A stretch of 64,000 nucleotides of DNA from positions 192,078-256,077 of the forward strand of contig CAWDVA010000006.1 in the NCBI GenBank assembly GCA_963805645.1. The letters run 5' to 3'. The stretch is from an uncultured Chloroflexia bacterium (GTDB lineage: Bacteria; Chloroflexota; Limnocylindria; QHBO01). The notes beneath the pieces are model-generated. The model had not been told where the DNA came from. It ran no database searches and was given only the letters and a program-made list of their open reading frames with translations. The first letter of the stretch is position 1. The number at the start of each line of letters is the position of its first letter. The position numbers were made by a program, and so were the translations under genes. Shown here in pieces: positions 20,101 through 28,220 of this stretch.

Positions 20101-20151
20101 GACGCTCGCTGCGTGATCGGTTGGTCTGAAGCGGCGGCTCGGCTCGCCCAT
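17101..20151 (-). CDS. cytoplasmic multi-sensor histidine kinase: GAF-GAF-PAS-GAF-PAS-HisKA_3-HATPase_c
   Basis: 1016 aa with no TM segment. A C-terminal HDSVTQALFSMGL H-box (NarX/LiaS type) and an ATPase region with GLVGMRQRAERIGAEF. GAF/PAS spacing is seen around the ERRYRFLVE and ERRYRHLVE PAS linkers. Confidence 0.85.
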   Translation of the reverse strand: MGEPSRRFRPTDHAASVSAVLKGAAEEAARLLQADGAMIYLYDADANVLRFARDAGIRNRTARRLIHGLTLPVGVGMFGTAFARAELVTTEDYPNDAGFTHSDVADQIVETAGMRAMAVAPLVADGESLGALGVFIGRAHTFDPAQLGLLRALANHAAVTLANERLQEDLRRRADELARRVEAQRTLGEIAARITALRHPAEVLQEVVDAAHRLLASDGAHLTVPDGSGAFLRPRVIAGGTDARTRRWLASQAFPVAGGMNGLAASLGRAVWTEDYMVDPRIPHEADDQHTAERMGLRGMAVAPLRAPGGEILGTLAVSYRKPCSIDPEQLDLLQRLADQGAIALSNATLVEQIHESERRYRFLVEQAPDIIYEIDADGAFTFVSDAIAAIAGWEPDKLVGRPFMSIIAPESLDAIGAEWAAIVSDPSTERRVDFGLMRKGGGVVPVETRAIGIERDGAFVGVHGSTRDISERVTLENDLRRQTDELARRVDAQQTLSEIARQLTAMRDPAVILQRTVDEAARLLKADGGEMDLVTEPGPGLRLAHTFGRPTDAPPPDSPDLDEPDQGIAGRALIEGRVVVTGDYLNDPGFRHSPEADAWVRDQGIHSVLAAPLIGEHGWLGAMLMDAQRPDAWDADDAELLGTLANQAAVAVSNARLWAQVESSERRYRHLVENSPDTIWSARADGTLTYFSETIERLSGWKAEELVGKHFRILVHPDSGNRVNEEWQRMVDNTEPDLMIRFHLRHRDGHPIPAETTGIAEIVDGKVVGAHGAVRDISVRERLEVDLRAQAAEIAASQERGNLARELHDSVTQALFSMGLTMRSLELLLDQDPGAARGKLAELRDLQKDALAEMRTLIFELRPKSLEQDGLEQALRTHAAAVQGRTGLSVTVEADTGLPERLPSEAEETLYRIGQEALHNVVKHANASSARILLARIGGEIRLSVTDDGIGFDPANTPRGHLGLVGMRQRAERIGAEFAVTSRPGHGTAVSVTWRIPAESADETEPAPSAGSSAE

Positions 20152-20162
20152 GGGTGCTCGCC

Positions 20163-21413
20163 TCAGGTCGCCATTCCGTGCTCGACGGCCCAGAGTGCCG
20201 CCTGGGTGCGGCTGGCCAGCGCCAGCTTCCCGAGGATGTTGCTCACGTGGGTCCGGGCCGTTCGTTCGGTGATCCCCAGGGCGTGGGCGATCTCCTTGTT
20301 GCTCGAGCCCCTGGCCAGGTGCGCGAGAACTTCCTTCTCCCGGTCGGTGAGCGGCTCAACCGGCTGCTCCGTCTTGCGGGCGCGCAGGCGCTGCGCCAGC
20401 ATCCGCGCCACGGCCGCGTCCAGGTGCACCTCGCCGGCGTGGGCCGCGCGGATCGCGTTGGCGACCTCGTCCGCATCGGCGTCCTTGAGCAGGTACCCCG
20501 ACGCGCCGGCTTCCAGCGCCGATGTCACCTTCTGCTCCTCGATGAAGCTCGTGACGGCCACGATCTCGACGCCCGGCCGCGACTCCTTGATCTTGCCGAT
20601 GGCGGTGATGCCGTCCATCTTCGGCATGAGCAGGTCCATCAGGATGACGTCCGGCTGCAGCCGGTCCGCCAGCGCGACCGCCTCCTCGCCGTCCTCCGCC
20701 TCCCCCACCACCTCGATGTCGCGGAGCAGCTCCAGGAACCCCTTCAACCCCCGCCGGACGACCGCGTGGTCGTCGACCAGCATGACCCGGATCGGGCCTT
20801 CGTCGCTCACGTCCTCCATCTCCCTCGGCGCGTACGCGGTGCTCATGGGCAGGTCGGGCGCGGGAAGCACCGCATGTGCAGTATGCAGGAGCTGGTAGAC
20901 GTGCACCGGTTCGGTGATGTCGCGAAGCCGGTGGGTGCCCAGGTCCCGTGGCCGGAGCTCGTCCGGCAGCCGGCCGGCGGCCACGGCCAGCACGGCCTCG
21001 CTGATGAGCGTCTCGCCCCCATGCGCCAGGCTGAGGATGCGCGCGGCGCGGAAGAGCGGCGGGCCAAAGAACCGGTCGCCACGACGCTGCGCATCGCCCG
21101 TGTCGAGCGCGGCGCGCACGCGCAGGTGCCCCACATCCCCCCAATCGGCCTCGAGCAGGTCGCGCGCGAGCTCGATGGCGGCCATCACGGCTTCCGCGCC
21201 ATCGTCGAAGGCGGCGTAGGCCGCATCACCGACACGCTCGAAGACTCGGCCGCCGTGGCGTTCCACGGCTTCGGCGACGTACGCCTGGTGGCGCGCGAGG
21301 ACCTCGGCTGCCCGCTCCGGGAAGCGCTCCGAGATGCGCGTGCTTCCTTCGACATCGGTGAACAGGAAGGTGATGGGCGTTGGGCGTTGGGCGGTTTCCA
21401 CGGCAGGGAGCAT
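20163..21413 (-). CDS. response regulator with N-terminal class III nucleotidyl-cyclase homology domain, receiver and LuxR/NarL HTH (CHD-REC-HTH)
   Basis: FLFTDVEGST, ERVGDAAYAAF and GPPLFRAARIL...ITEPVHVYQL make up the CHD. IRVMLVDDHAVVRRGL and ILMDLLMP form the REC. LTDREKEVL...LGITERTARTHVSNILGKL is the LuxR HTH. ATG at 21413 (MLPAVE). The track ORF carries an implausible Arg-rich 146-aa extension. Confidence 0.75.
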   Translation of the reverse strand: MLPAVETAQRPTPITFLFTDVEGSTRISERFPERAAEVLARHQAYVAEAVERHGGRVFERVGDAAYAAFDDGAEAVMAAIELARDLLEADWGDVGHLRVRAALDTGDAQRRGDRFFGPPLFRAARILSLAHGGETLISEAVLAVAAGRLPDELRPRDLGTHRLRDITEPVHVYQLLHTAHAVLPAPDLPMSTAYAPREMEDVSDEGPIRVMLVDDHAVVRRGLKGFLELLRDIEVVGEAEDGEEAVALADRLQPDVILMDLLMPKMDGITAIGKIKESRPGVEIVAVTSFIEEQKVTSALEAGASGYLLKDADADEVANAIRAAHAGEVHLDAAVARMLAQRLRARKTEQPVEPLTDREKEVLAHLARGSSNKEIAHALGITERTARTHVSNILGKLALASRTQAALWAVEHGMAT

Positions 21414-21566
21414 ACCGTCGGACCCCCGGGGCCTGTCCCCGGCCGAATGACGTAGACGGGCATGGGCGAAAGAGCCGGGCCGCGTTCGGGACCCATGGCC
21501 GACGCGCCGGAGACCACGGCAGGCGACCATGGCGCCATCAACAGCACCGAGACGGAGGACGAACCG

Positions 21567-21770
21567 ATGTACGCGACAGCACGCATTGCCGACGCGCTCA
21601 TCACCCCGCCGATTCCCTCGCCACAGCCCCGGTACGTCGCCCGGGCCGACGACGAGGAGCCGCCGGTCCGCTCGACCACGAGCGTCCGGCAGGTCCGGCG
21701 GACGATCGAGGGCGCGGCGGCGGCCGCGTGGCTCGCCTTCGTGCCGAGGATGCGCAACAACCCGCGCTGA
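21567..21770 (+). CDS. small hypothetical protein (67 aa)
   Basis: A GGAGGA Shine-Dalgarno sequence lies 7 nt before ATG 21567. The ORF sits in the divergent intergenic region between the signalling operon and tag. Weak support. Confidence 0.25.
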   Translation: MYATARIADALITPPIPSPQPRYVARADDEEPPVRSTTSVRQVRRTIEGAAAAAWLAFVPRMRNNPR

Positions 21771-21992
21771 CGACCGCGCCAGGCGCCGGCTGACGGCCGC
21801 GCCGGGGGCGCTCCGCGACACGAACGCAGCCGAGACGAATACCCGACACACCCGAACGGCGGGCCCGGCCGAGGGCCCGCCCGTCCCGTCGTCCCGGAAG
21901 GGCCTGGCCCCGCGCCTTCCCGGAATTTCGACCGGCTATCCTCGTGACTCGTGAGCACCGCCGCACCCATAACCGCACCGCCCGAGAGCCAC

Positions 21993-22574
21993 ATGCGCTG
22001 CGCCTGGGCCCCGTTGGACGACCCGGCATACCTCGCCTACCACGACACCGAGTGGGGCGTGCCTCTGCACGACGAGCGGCGGCTCTTCGAGATGCTCGTC
22101 CTGGAGGGCGCGCAGGCGGGGCTTTCGTGGGCGACCATCCTGCACCGCCGCGAGGGCTACCGACGCGCGTTCGCCGGCTTCGACCCGGAGTCAGTGGCGC
22201 GCTTCGGACCCGATGACGAGGCGCGGCTGCTCGCCGACGCTGGCATCGTCCGCAACCGGGCAAAGGTCCGCGCCGCCATCGGCAACGCGCGCGCCTGGCT
22301 CGCCCTTCGCGAGGCCGGCATCGATCCGGTGTCCCACCTGTGGTCGTTCGTCGGCGGCGCGCCGAGGGTGAACGACTGGCGGACCGTGGCCGAGATGCCT
22401 GCCGAGACCGATGCCTCCCGGGCGATGTCGCGAGACCTGCGATCGCACGGGTTCGCCTTCGCGGGCCCGACCATCTGCTACGCGTTCATGCAGGCGACGG
22501 GGATGGTCAACGACCACGTGGTGGGCTGCTTCCGGCATCGGCAGCTCTCCACGCCCGGGCGGACGGACGGCTGA
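21993..22574 (+). CDS. tag: DNA-3-methyladenine glycosylase I
   Basis: MRCAWAPLDDPAYLAYHDTEWGVP...ICYAFMQATGMVNDHVVGCF aligns with E. coli Tag, including the zinc-binding Cys/His residues. Confidence 0.85.
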   Translation: MRCAWAPLDDPAYLAYHDTEWGVPLHDERRLFEMLVLEGAQAGLSWATILHRREGYRRAFAGFDPESVARFGPDDEARLLADAGIVRNRAKVRAAIGNARAWLALREAGIDPVSHLWSFVGGAPRVNDWRTVAEMPAETDASRAMSRDLRSHGFAFAGPTICYAFMQATGMVNDHVVGCFRHRQLSTPGRTDG

Positions 22575-22618
22575 GCGGACCGACACCCGGGGACGACCCG
22601 CGGATACACTCGCCGCAC

Positions 22619-23548
22619 ATGACCGCCCTGACCCGCATCGCCAGCGTGGAGGTCCCCGCCAGCTCCGCGAACCTGGGGAGTGGCTTCGATGCGTTTGCCG
22701 CCGCGCTCTCGCTCAAGCTGCGCGGGGAGCTGCACCGGGGCGACGAGCCGGGGATCCTGCTCACCGCTCGCGGCGAGGGCGCCCCGCCCGATGACGCCGA
22801 CCCCGAGGAGAACCTGGTGATCCGCGCGTTCCGGGCGGGGCTGCGCGCCGCCGGCGGTGCTCCGGGCGGGGCCGGGTCGTGGCGGATCGAGGTCGCCTCC
22901 ATGATTCCGGCTGCCCGCGGCCTGGGGAGCAGCGCGGCGGCCATCGTCGCGGGCCTGCTGCTGGGAACGGCGGCCGGTCGGCGATCGCCGCACCCGGACG
23001 AGATCCTCGCCCTGGCCGCGGACCTGGAGGGACACCCGGACAACGTGGCCGCCACCCTCTACGGCGGCATCACCCTGGCGGTGACCAACCGGAACGCGCC
23101 GGCCACCCTGCGACGGTTCCGCCCGCCCGAGCGCTGGATCCCGGTCGTCTTCATCCCGGTGACGGAGAGCCGGACCCACGAGATGCGGGCCGTCCTGCCC
23201 AATGTCGTGAGCCTGGCCGATGCCACGGCCCAGGCGGCCCACGCCGCCCTCCTCGCCACCGCGATCGCCACGGCCGACGCCGCCCTGCTGCGGAACGCGA
23301 TGGACGATCGGCTCCATCAGCCGTACCGGCTCGCCCGGCTGGAGGAGAGCAGGCGCCTGATCGAGGTCGCCTACGAGCACGGGGCGTCCGGCGCCTGCCT
23401 CTCCGGCGCCGGCCCCAGCGTCCTGGCCATCTGCGACTCTCCCGCGATGGCGCACGGCGTGGAAAAGGCGTTCAACGCGGCCGGCGTGCGCGGGATGGCG
23501 ACCCGGCTGCGTTTCGACGAGATCGGCGCGCGCATCACCACTGCCTGA
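22619..23548 (+). CDS. thrB: homoserine kinase (GHMP family)
   Basis: PASSANLGSGFD N-terminal motif and the GHMP ATP loop PAARGLGSSAAA. ATG at 22619. Confidence 0.85.
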   Translation: MTALTRIASVEVPASSANLGSGFDAFAAALSLKLRGELHRGDEPGILLTARGEGAPPDDADPEENLVIRAFRAGLRAAGGAPGGAGSWRIEVASMIPAARGLGSSAAAIVAGLLLGTAAGRRSPHPDEILALAADLEGHPDNVAATLYGGITLAVTNRNAPATLRRFRPPERWIPVVFIPVTESRTHEMRAVLPNVVSLADATAQAAHAALLATAIATADAALLRNAMDDRLHQPYRLARLEESRRLIEVAYEHGASGACLSGAGPSVLAICDSPAMAHGVEKAFNAAGVRGMATRLRFDEIGARITTA

Positions 23549-23625
23549 CCGCGGCCGTGGCCCGGCGTTGACAGGGGGGCTACGTTGGGGAGCACCACAC
23601 CCGATTTCGGCAAGGAGAGAGTCCC

Positions 23626-24999
23626 GTGCCAAGACGTCGTTCCGTGCTGTTCATCGCCACCCTGGTCGGCGCGCTGGCCCTGCAGCTGGTCGCCATCGGT
23701 CCGGTGCAGGCCGCACCGGCGCTCCCGGGCTCCATGGCCTCCACCGGCGATTCCATCACGCGGGCATTCGCCACGCGCACGGGCTTCTTCTGGTTCACCG
23801 ACAACCCGGCCGCCTCCTGGTCGACCGGCACCAGCAGCAGCGTCGACAGCCACTACAGCCGCATCCTGGCCCAGACCTCTGCCATCTCCGGCAACAGCTG
23901 GAACGACGCGGCCACCGGCGCGGTCATGGCCGACCTCGCGGGGCAGATGCAGAGCGCGGTCAGCCAGCACGTGGAGTACGTGACCGTCCTCATGGGCGCG
24001 AACGACGTCTGCGCCGACAGCGTGTCGCAGATGACCTCGGTGGCGACCTTCACCTCCCAGCTCCAGTCCGCCCTCGCGGTGCTGGCCAGCGGCGACCCGA
24101 CGGCAGACGTCTTCATCGCCAGCATCCCGGACGTCTACCACCTGTGGGACGTCCTGAAGGACAACAGCTCGGCGCGCTCTGCGTGGAGCACGTACGGCAT
24201 CTGCCAGGCCATGCTGGCCAATCCGCTCTCGACCGCGCAGGCCGATGTCGACCGCCGCGCGACGGTGCGCCAGCGGAACATCGACTTCAACGGCGCGCTG
24301 GCCAACGCCTGCACCGCCTATGGACCGAACTGCCGCTTCGACGGCAACGCGGTCTTCGGCTACCCGTTCGCCGCCTCGCAGATCAACACCCACGACTACT
24401 TCCATCCCAACGTCTCCGGGCAGGCGGTGCTTGCCTCGGTGACCTGGGATGCGGGCTTCTGGGGCTCGGCGACCCCGCCGCCGAACAACCCGCCGACCGC
24501 CGCCTTCAGCACGTCGTGCACGAATCTGGCCTGCACCTTCACCGACCAGAGCACCGATGACGGGTCGATCGTCGGATGGAGCTGGAGCTTCGGTGATGGC
24601 GCGATCTCCACGGCCGCCAGTCCCGGCCACACCTATGCCACCGCAGGGACGTACGCCGTCACCCTCACCGTCACCGATGACGGCGGGCTCACGGACAGCA
24701 CCACGCAGCAGGTGACCGTCAGCTCCGGGACCGACGTCGTCACCCTGAGCGCCACCAACACGCAGACCATCACGAAGAACAAGCTGCAGATCAACCTGGC
24801 CTGGAGCGGAGCGAACCGGGCCACGCAGATGGACGTGTACCGCGACGGCTCGCGCATCGCGACCACGACCAACGACACCACGACCGGCAAGGGCAACTAC
24901 ACGGACTCGGTCAACGCTCGCAAGAGCCGGACCTACACCTACCAGGTCTGTGAGGCCGGGACCCAGGTCTGCTCCAACGAGGCCCCGGTTACGACCTGA
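23626..24999 (+). CDS. secreted SGNH/GDSL-family hydrolase with C-terminal PKD and Ig-like domains
   Basis: Signal peptide MPRRRSVLFIATLVGALALQLVAIGPVQA. GDSITRAF is block I and DYFHPN is the catalytic D-x-x-H. WSWSFGDGAISTAASPGHTYATAGTYAVTLTVTDDGG is a PKD domain. An AAGGAGAG Shine-Dalgarno sequence lies 5 nt before GTG 23626. Confidence 0.75.
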   Translation: MPRRRSVLFIATLVGALALQLVAIGPVQAAPALPGSMASTGDSITRAFATRTGFFWFTDNPAASWSTGTSSSVDSHYSRILAQTSAISGNSWNDAATGAVMADLAGQMQSAVSQHVEYVTVLMGANDVCADSVSQMTSVATFTSQLQSALAVLASGDPTADVFIASIPDVYHLWDVLKDNSSARSAWSTYGICQAMLANPLSTAQADVDRRATVRQRNIDFNGALANACTAYGPNCRFDGNAVFGYPFAASQINTHDYFHPNVSGQAVLASVTWDAGFWGSATPPPNNPPTAAFSTSCTNLACTFTDQSTDDGSIVGWSWSFGDGAISTAASPGHTYATAGTYAVTLTVTDDGGLTDSTTQQVTVSSGTDVVTLSATNTQTITKNKLQINLAWSGANRATQMDVYRDGSRIATTTNDTTTGKGNYTDSVNARKSRTYTYQVCEAGTQVCSNEAPVTT

Positions 25000-25014
25000 C
25001 CCTCAGCGCGCATC

Positions 25015-25175
25015 GGGTTACGCCCACCGTACCGTAACGTCGGGGAAGGGGTTGATCCGCCGCCTGCGGCGACGCTGGGTTACAGCAGCCGTAACCTGGC
25101 GTCGGGGACGGCGCCGCTCCGCCGCCTCCGGCGACGCTGGGTTACAGCGGCCGTAGCATCCGCCGGCCTGCCGCC
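25015..25175. repeat. Three copies of a 62-bp tandem repeat, each with a GGTTAC-N7-GTAACC-type inverted repeat
   Basis: GGGTTAC occurs at 25015, 25077 and 25139, exactly 62 bp apart. cgacgctgggttacagcNgccgta is shared by copies 2 and 3. The array lies in the 252-bp gap upstream of the ABC-F gene. Confidence 0.6.
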
Positions 25176-25251
25176 CTCACCGCCGCATGGCCCCCCTCGC
25201 CGCCACGCCGAGGGAGCACGGCACCGGACCCACCGGTACCATGCTCCGGCC

Positions 25252-27258
25252 ATGTCCCTGGTCAGCCTGGCCGGCGTCGCCAAGACGTTCGGCGCCCAGC
25301 ATCTCTTCAGCGACGTCGCGCTCCAGGTGAGCGCCGGCCGCCGGGTCGCCATCGTGGGGCCCAACGGCGCCGGCAAGACCACGCTGCTCGAGATCATCAC
25401 CGGCGAGCAGGAGCCCGACGCCGGGACGGTGGCGCGGGGCAAGGACGTGGTCATCGGATACCTGCGCCAGGACGTGGCGGACACCGCGGGCCACAGCGTG
25501 CTCGCCGAGGTCCTGGGCGGGGCCGGGGTGGTGAGCGGCATCGGGCGGCGAATGGGCCACATCGAGGCCGAGCTGACGGAGGCCACCGAGGAGGCCGAGC
25601 TCACCGAGCTGATGGCCGAGTACGGCCGGCTCCAGCATCGGTTCGAGCAGATGGGCGGCTACGGCCTGGAGGCGGAGGCCCGGCGCATCCTGGCCGGGCT
25701 CGGCTTCGGCGAGGCCGATGTCGAGCGCGACATCGGCACCTTCTCGGGCGGCTGGATGATGCGCGTCGCCCTGGCCAAGCTGCTGCTGGCCAACCCGGAC
25801 GTGCTGCTCCTCGACGAGCCCACCAACCACCTGGACCTGGCCAGCGTGGAGTGGCTGCAGGGCTTCCTGGCCACCTACGCCGGGGCGATCGTCCTGGTCA
25901 GCCACGACCGCGACTTCATCAACGAGATCGCCAACCACGTCGCGGAGCTGGCGCGCGGCACGCTGATCGAATACACGGGCGACTACGCCGACTTCGTGGA
26001 GCAGCGCGAGGAGCGGATCGCCCAGCTGGAACGGATGGCGGCCGTCCAGCAGCGCAAGGTGGCGCAGACCGAGCGCTTCATCGAGCGGTTCCGCTACAAG
26101 GCCACCAAGGCGCGCCAGGTTCAGAGCCGGATCAAGGCCCTCGAGCGGCTGGAGCGAGTGGATGTCCCGACGACCAGGGCGAGGGCGGTGCGGTTCCGCT
26201 TCCCCGAGCCGCGGCGTTCCGGGCGGGTCGTGATTCGCCTGGACGGGATCGTGAAGCGCTACGGCGACCACACCGTCTACGACGGCCTGGACCTGCAGCT
26301 GGAGCGGGGCCAGAAGGTGGCGCTCATCGGCCCCAACGGCGCCGGCAAGTCCACGCTGCTGAAGATCCTGGCCGGCGTCCTGCCCTTCGAGGGCGGCGCC
26401 CGCGAGCTGGGCAGCAACGTGGAGGTTGCCTACTTCGCCCAGCACCAGATCGAGGCGCTGGACCCGACGAACTCCGTGTTCGACGAGCTCGCCGGCGTGG
26501 CCCCGCGCATGACCACCGGGGAGATGCGCAAGCTCCTGGGCGCCTTCCTCTTCACCGGAGACGCGGTGAACAAGAAGGTGGAGGTTCTCTCCGGCGGGGA
26601 GCAGACCCGCCTGGCGCTGGCCAAGCTGATGGCCGACCCGGCGAACCTGCTCTGCCTGGACGAGCCCACCAACCACCTGGACATCACGTCGCGCGACGTG
26701 CTGGAGGATGCCCTGAACGCGTTCGCCGGCACCATGGTCCTCATCACCCACGACCGGTACCTCATCCGCAGCGTGGCGAACGCGATCATCGAGGTCTCGG
26801 GTGGCACGGCCACCCTGTACCCCGGCGACTTCGAGTACTACGCCGCCAAGCGCGGGCTCGACATCGAGGCCCGTGGCGCCACGGAGGGGCGCGCCACCCC
26901 GCGGGGCCTGGAGTCGCCGGCCACACGGTCGCGAGAGTCCGCGGCCGCCGCGGCCGCCCGCAAACGGACCGAAGCCGAGGAGCGTAACCGCCGCTACCGC
27001 CGCACCCGGGATCTCCGCGACGCGCTGGAGCGCACGGAGCGCGAGTCGGCCCAGACCGATGCCGACCTCGAACGGCTCACCGAGCGGCTCGCGGATCCTT
27101 CGGTCTACGCCGATGCCGAGACGGCACGAGCCCTGATCGACGAGTACAACGCCGCGCGCGACCGGGGGGACCGGCTGGCGACCGAGTGGGCACGCCTCGG
27201 GGAGGAGCTCGCCGCGGTCGAGGCCGAGGAAGAGACCGCCTCGTCCACGGGTCGATGA
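25252..27258 (+). CDS. ABC-F family ATPase (two tandem ABC domains, no TM; EttA/Uup-like ribosome-associated ATPase) with C-terminal coiled-coil
   Basis: Two Walker A motifs (GPNGAGKTTLL twice), two LSGG signatures, and an inter-domain linker. Confidence 0.9.
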   Translation: MSLVSLAGVAKTFGAQHLFSDVALQVSAGRRVAIVGPNGAGKTTLLEIITGEQEPDAGTVARGKDVVIGYLRQDVADTAGHSVLAEVLGGAGVVSGIGRRMGHIEAELTEATEEAELTELMAEYGRLQHRFEQMGGYGLEAEARRILAGLGFGEADVERDIGTFSGGWMMRVALAKLLLANPDVLLLDEPTNHLDLASVEWLQGFLATYAGAIVLVSHDRDFINEIANHVAELARGTLIEYTGDYADFVEQREERIAQLERMAAVQQRKVAQTERFIERFRYKATKARQVQSRIKALERLERVDVPTTRARAVRFRFPEPRRSGRVVIRLDGIVKRYGDHTVYDGLDLQLERGQKVALIGPNGAGKSTLLKILAGVLPFEGGARELGSNVEVAYFAQHQIEALDPTNSVFDELAGVAPRMTTGEMRKLLGAFLFTGDAVNKKVEVLSGGEQTRLALAKLMADPANLLCLDEPTNHLDITSRDVLEDALNAFAGTMVLITHDRYLIRSVANAIIEVSGGTATLYPGDFEYYAAKRGLDIEARGATEGRATPRGLESPATRSRESAAAAAARKRTEAEERNRRYRRTRDLRDALERTERESAQTDADLERLTERLADPSVYADAETARALIDEYNAARDRGDRLATEWARLGEELAAVEAEEETASSTGR

Positions 27259-28220
27259 CCACGCGGCCGGCGGGCGTCTCTCCGCGGATCACCGGCGCCG
27301 GCCTGGTCGTCCTGGCCTCCGCATGCTTCGGAACCCTGGGCCCCCTCTCCCGCTACGCCGGCGACGCCGGGGTGAGCAGCCTGGCGCTGGTGAGCTGGCG
27401 GGCAGCCCTGGGAGGGCTGTGCATGGTGGCCTTCATCGCGGTCCGGATGGCGGTCGGGCACCGGCCAATCCTCCGCCTCGGCGCGCTGCGCGGTCGTGAG
27501 CGCTGGACGATCCTGGCCGCCGGCGTCGCCAACACCGCCCTCAACCTCTCGGTCTTCATCGCCTTCGAGCGAATCAGCATCGCGCTGGCCCTGCTGGTCT
27601 TCTACCTCTACCCGTCACTCGTGGCCATCGCCTCCGTGGCCTGGTTCGGCGAGCGCCTCGATCCGCTCCGCTGGGGAGCCCTGGCGACGTCGGTGGTGGG
27701 GATGGTGTTGGTGGTCGCCGGCGGCGCCTCGCTGGGCGGCCTCGACCCGCTGGGAATCGGGCTCGCCTTCTTCGGCGCCGTGACCCAGGCGTTCTACGTG
27801 CTGGCCGCCCGCCACGGGTTCGGGCGCATCCCCGGCGGCCAGGCCGCGGCCAGCACGATGCTGATCGCCGCGGCCCTGTACGTGGGGACGGCGGTCGTCA
27901 TCGGCCAGGCGGCAATCCTCGGCCAGCCGATCGCCTCCGCCGCTGCGCTGTGGCCGGTCCTGCTGGCCGGGATCATCGGCGCCGGCATCCCCACGGTGGC
28001 ATTCATCACCGGCATCCGGCTGCTCGGCGCACCGCGGGCCGCCATCCTCGCCACGCTGGAGCCGGTCGTGGGCGTCACGCTGGCCGCCGTGCTGCTCGGC
28101 GAGGCGCCGCAGCCGGTCCAGGTGCTGGGCGGAATGCTGATCATCGCGGCCGGCGTCCTGCTCCAGCTGCGCGCCCCGGACGAGGTCGCGGAGCACGAGG
28201 CGGTCCCCGTCACCGAGTAG
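27255..28220 (+). CDS. EamA/DMT-family transporter (10 TM)
   Basis: The ATG at 27255 overlaps the ABC-F TGA (ATGA). Two EamA-like hydrophobic repeats are present. Confidence 0.8.
   Translation: MTTRPAGVSPRITGAGLVVLASACFGTLGPLSRYAGDAGVSSLALVSWRAALGGLCMVAFIAVRMAVGHRPILRLGALRGRERWTILAAGVANTALNLSVFIAFERISIALALLVFYLYPSLVAIASVAWFGERLDPLRWGALATSVVGMVLVVAGGASLGGLDPLGIGLAFFGAVTQAFYVLAARHGFGRIPGGQAAASTMLIAAALYVGTAVVIGQAAILGQPIASAAALWPVLLAGIIGAGIPTVAFITGIRLLGAPRAAILATLEPVVGVTLAAVLLGEAPQPVQVLGGMLIIAAGVLLQLRAPDEVAEHEAVPVTE

Noticed and set aside
17191-20898. 1235-aa plus-strand ORF antisense to the histidine kinase
   Set aside because: It has Arg/Gly/Pro-rich composition typical of GC-rich antisense frames and no recognisable domain. 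The minus-strand frame encodes clear GAF, PAS, HisKA_3 and HATPase motifs.
20154-21455. 433-aa plus-strand ORF antisense to the CHD-REC-LuxR gene
   Set aside because: No domain signal. The sense frame has three recognisable domains.
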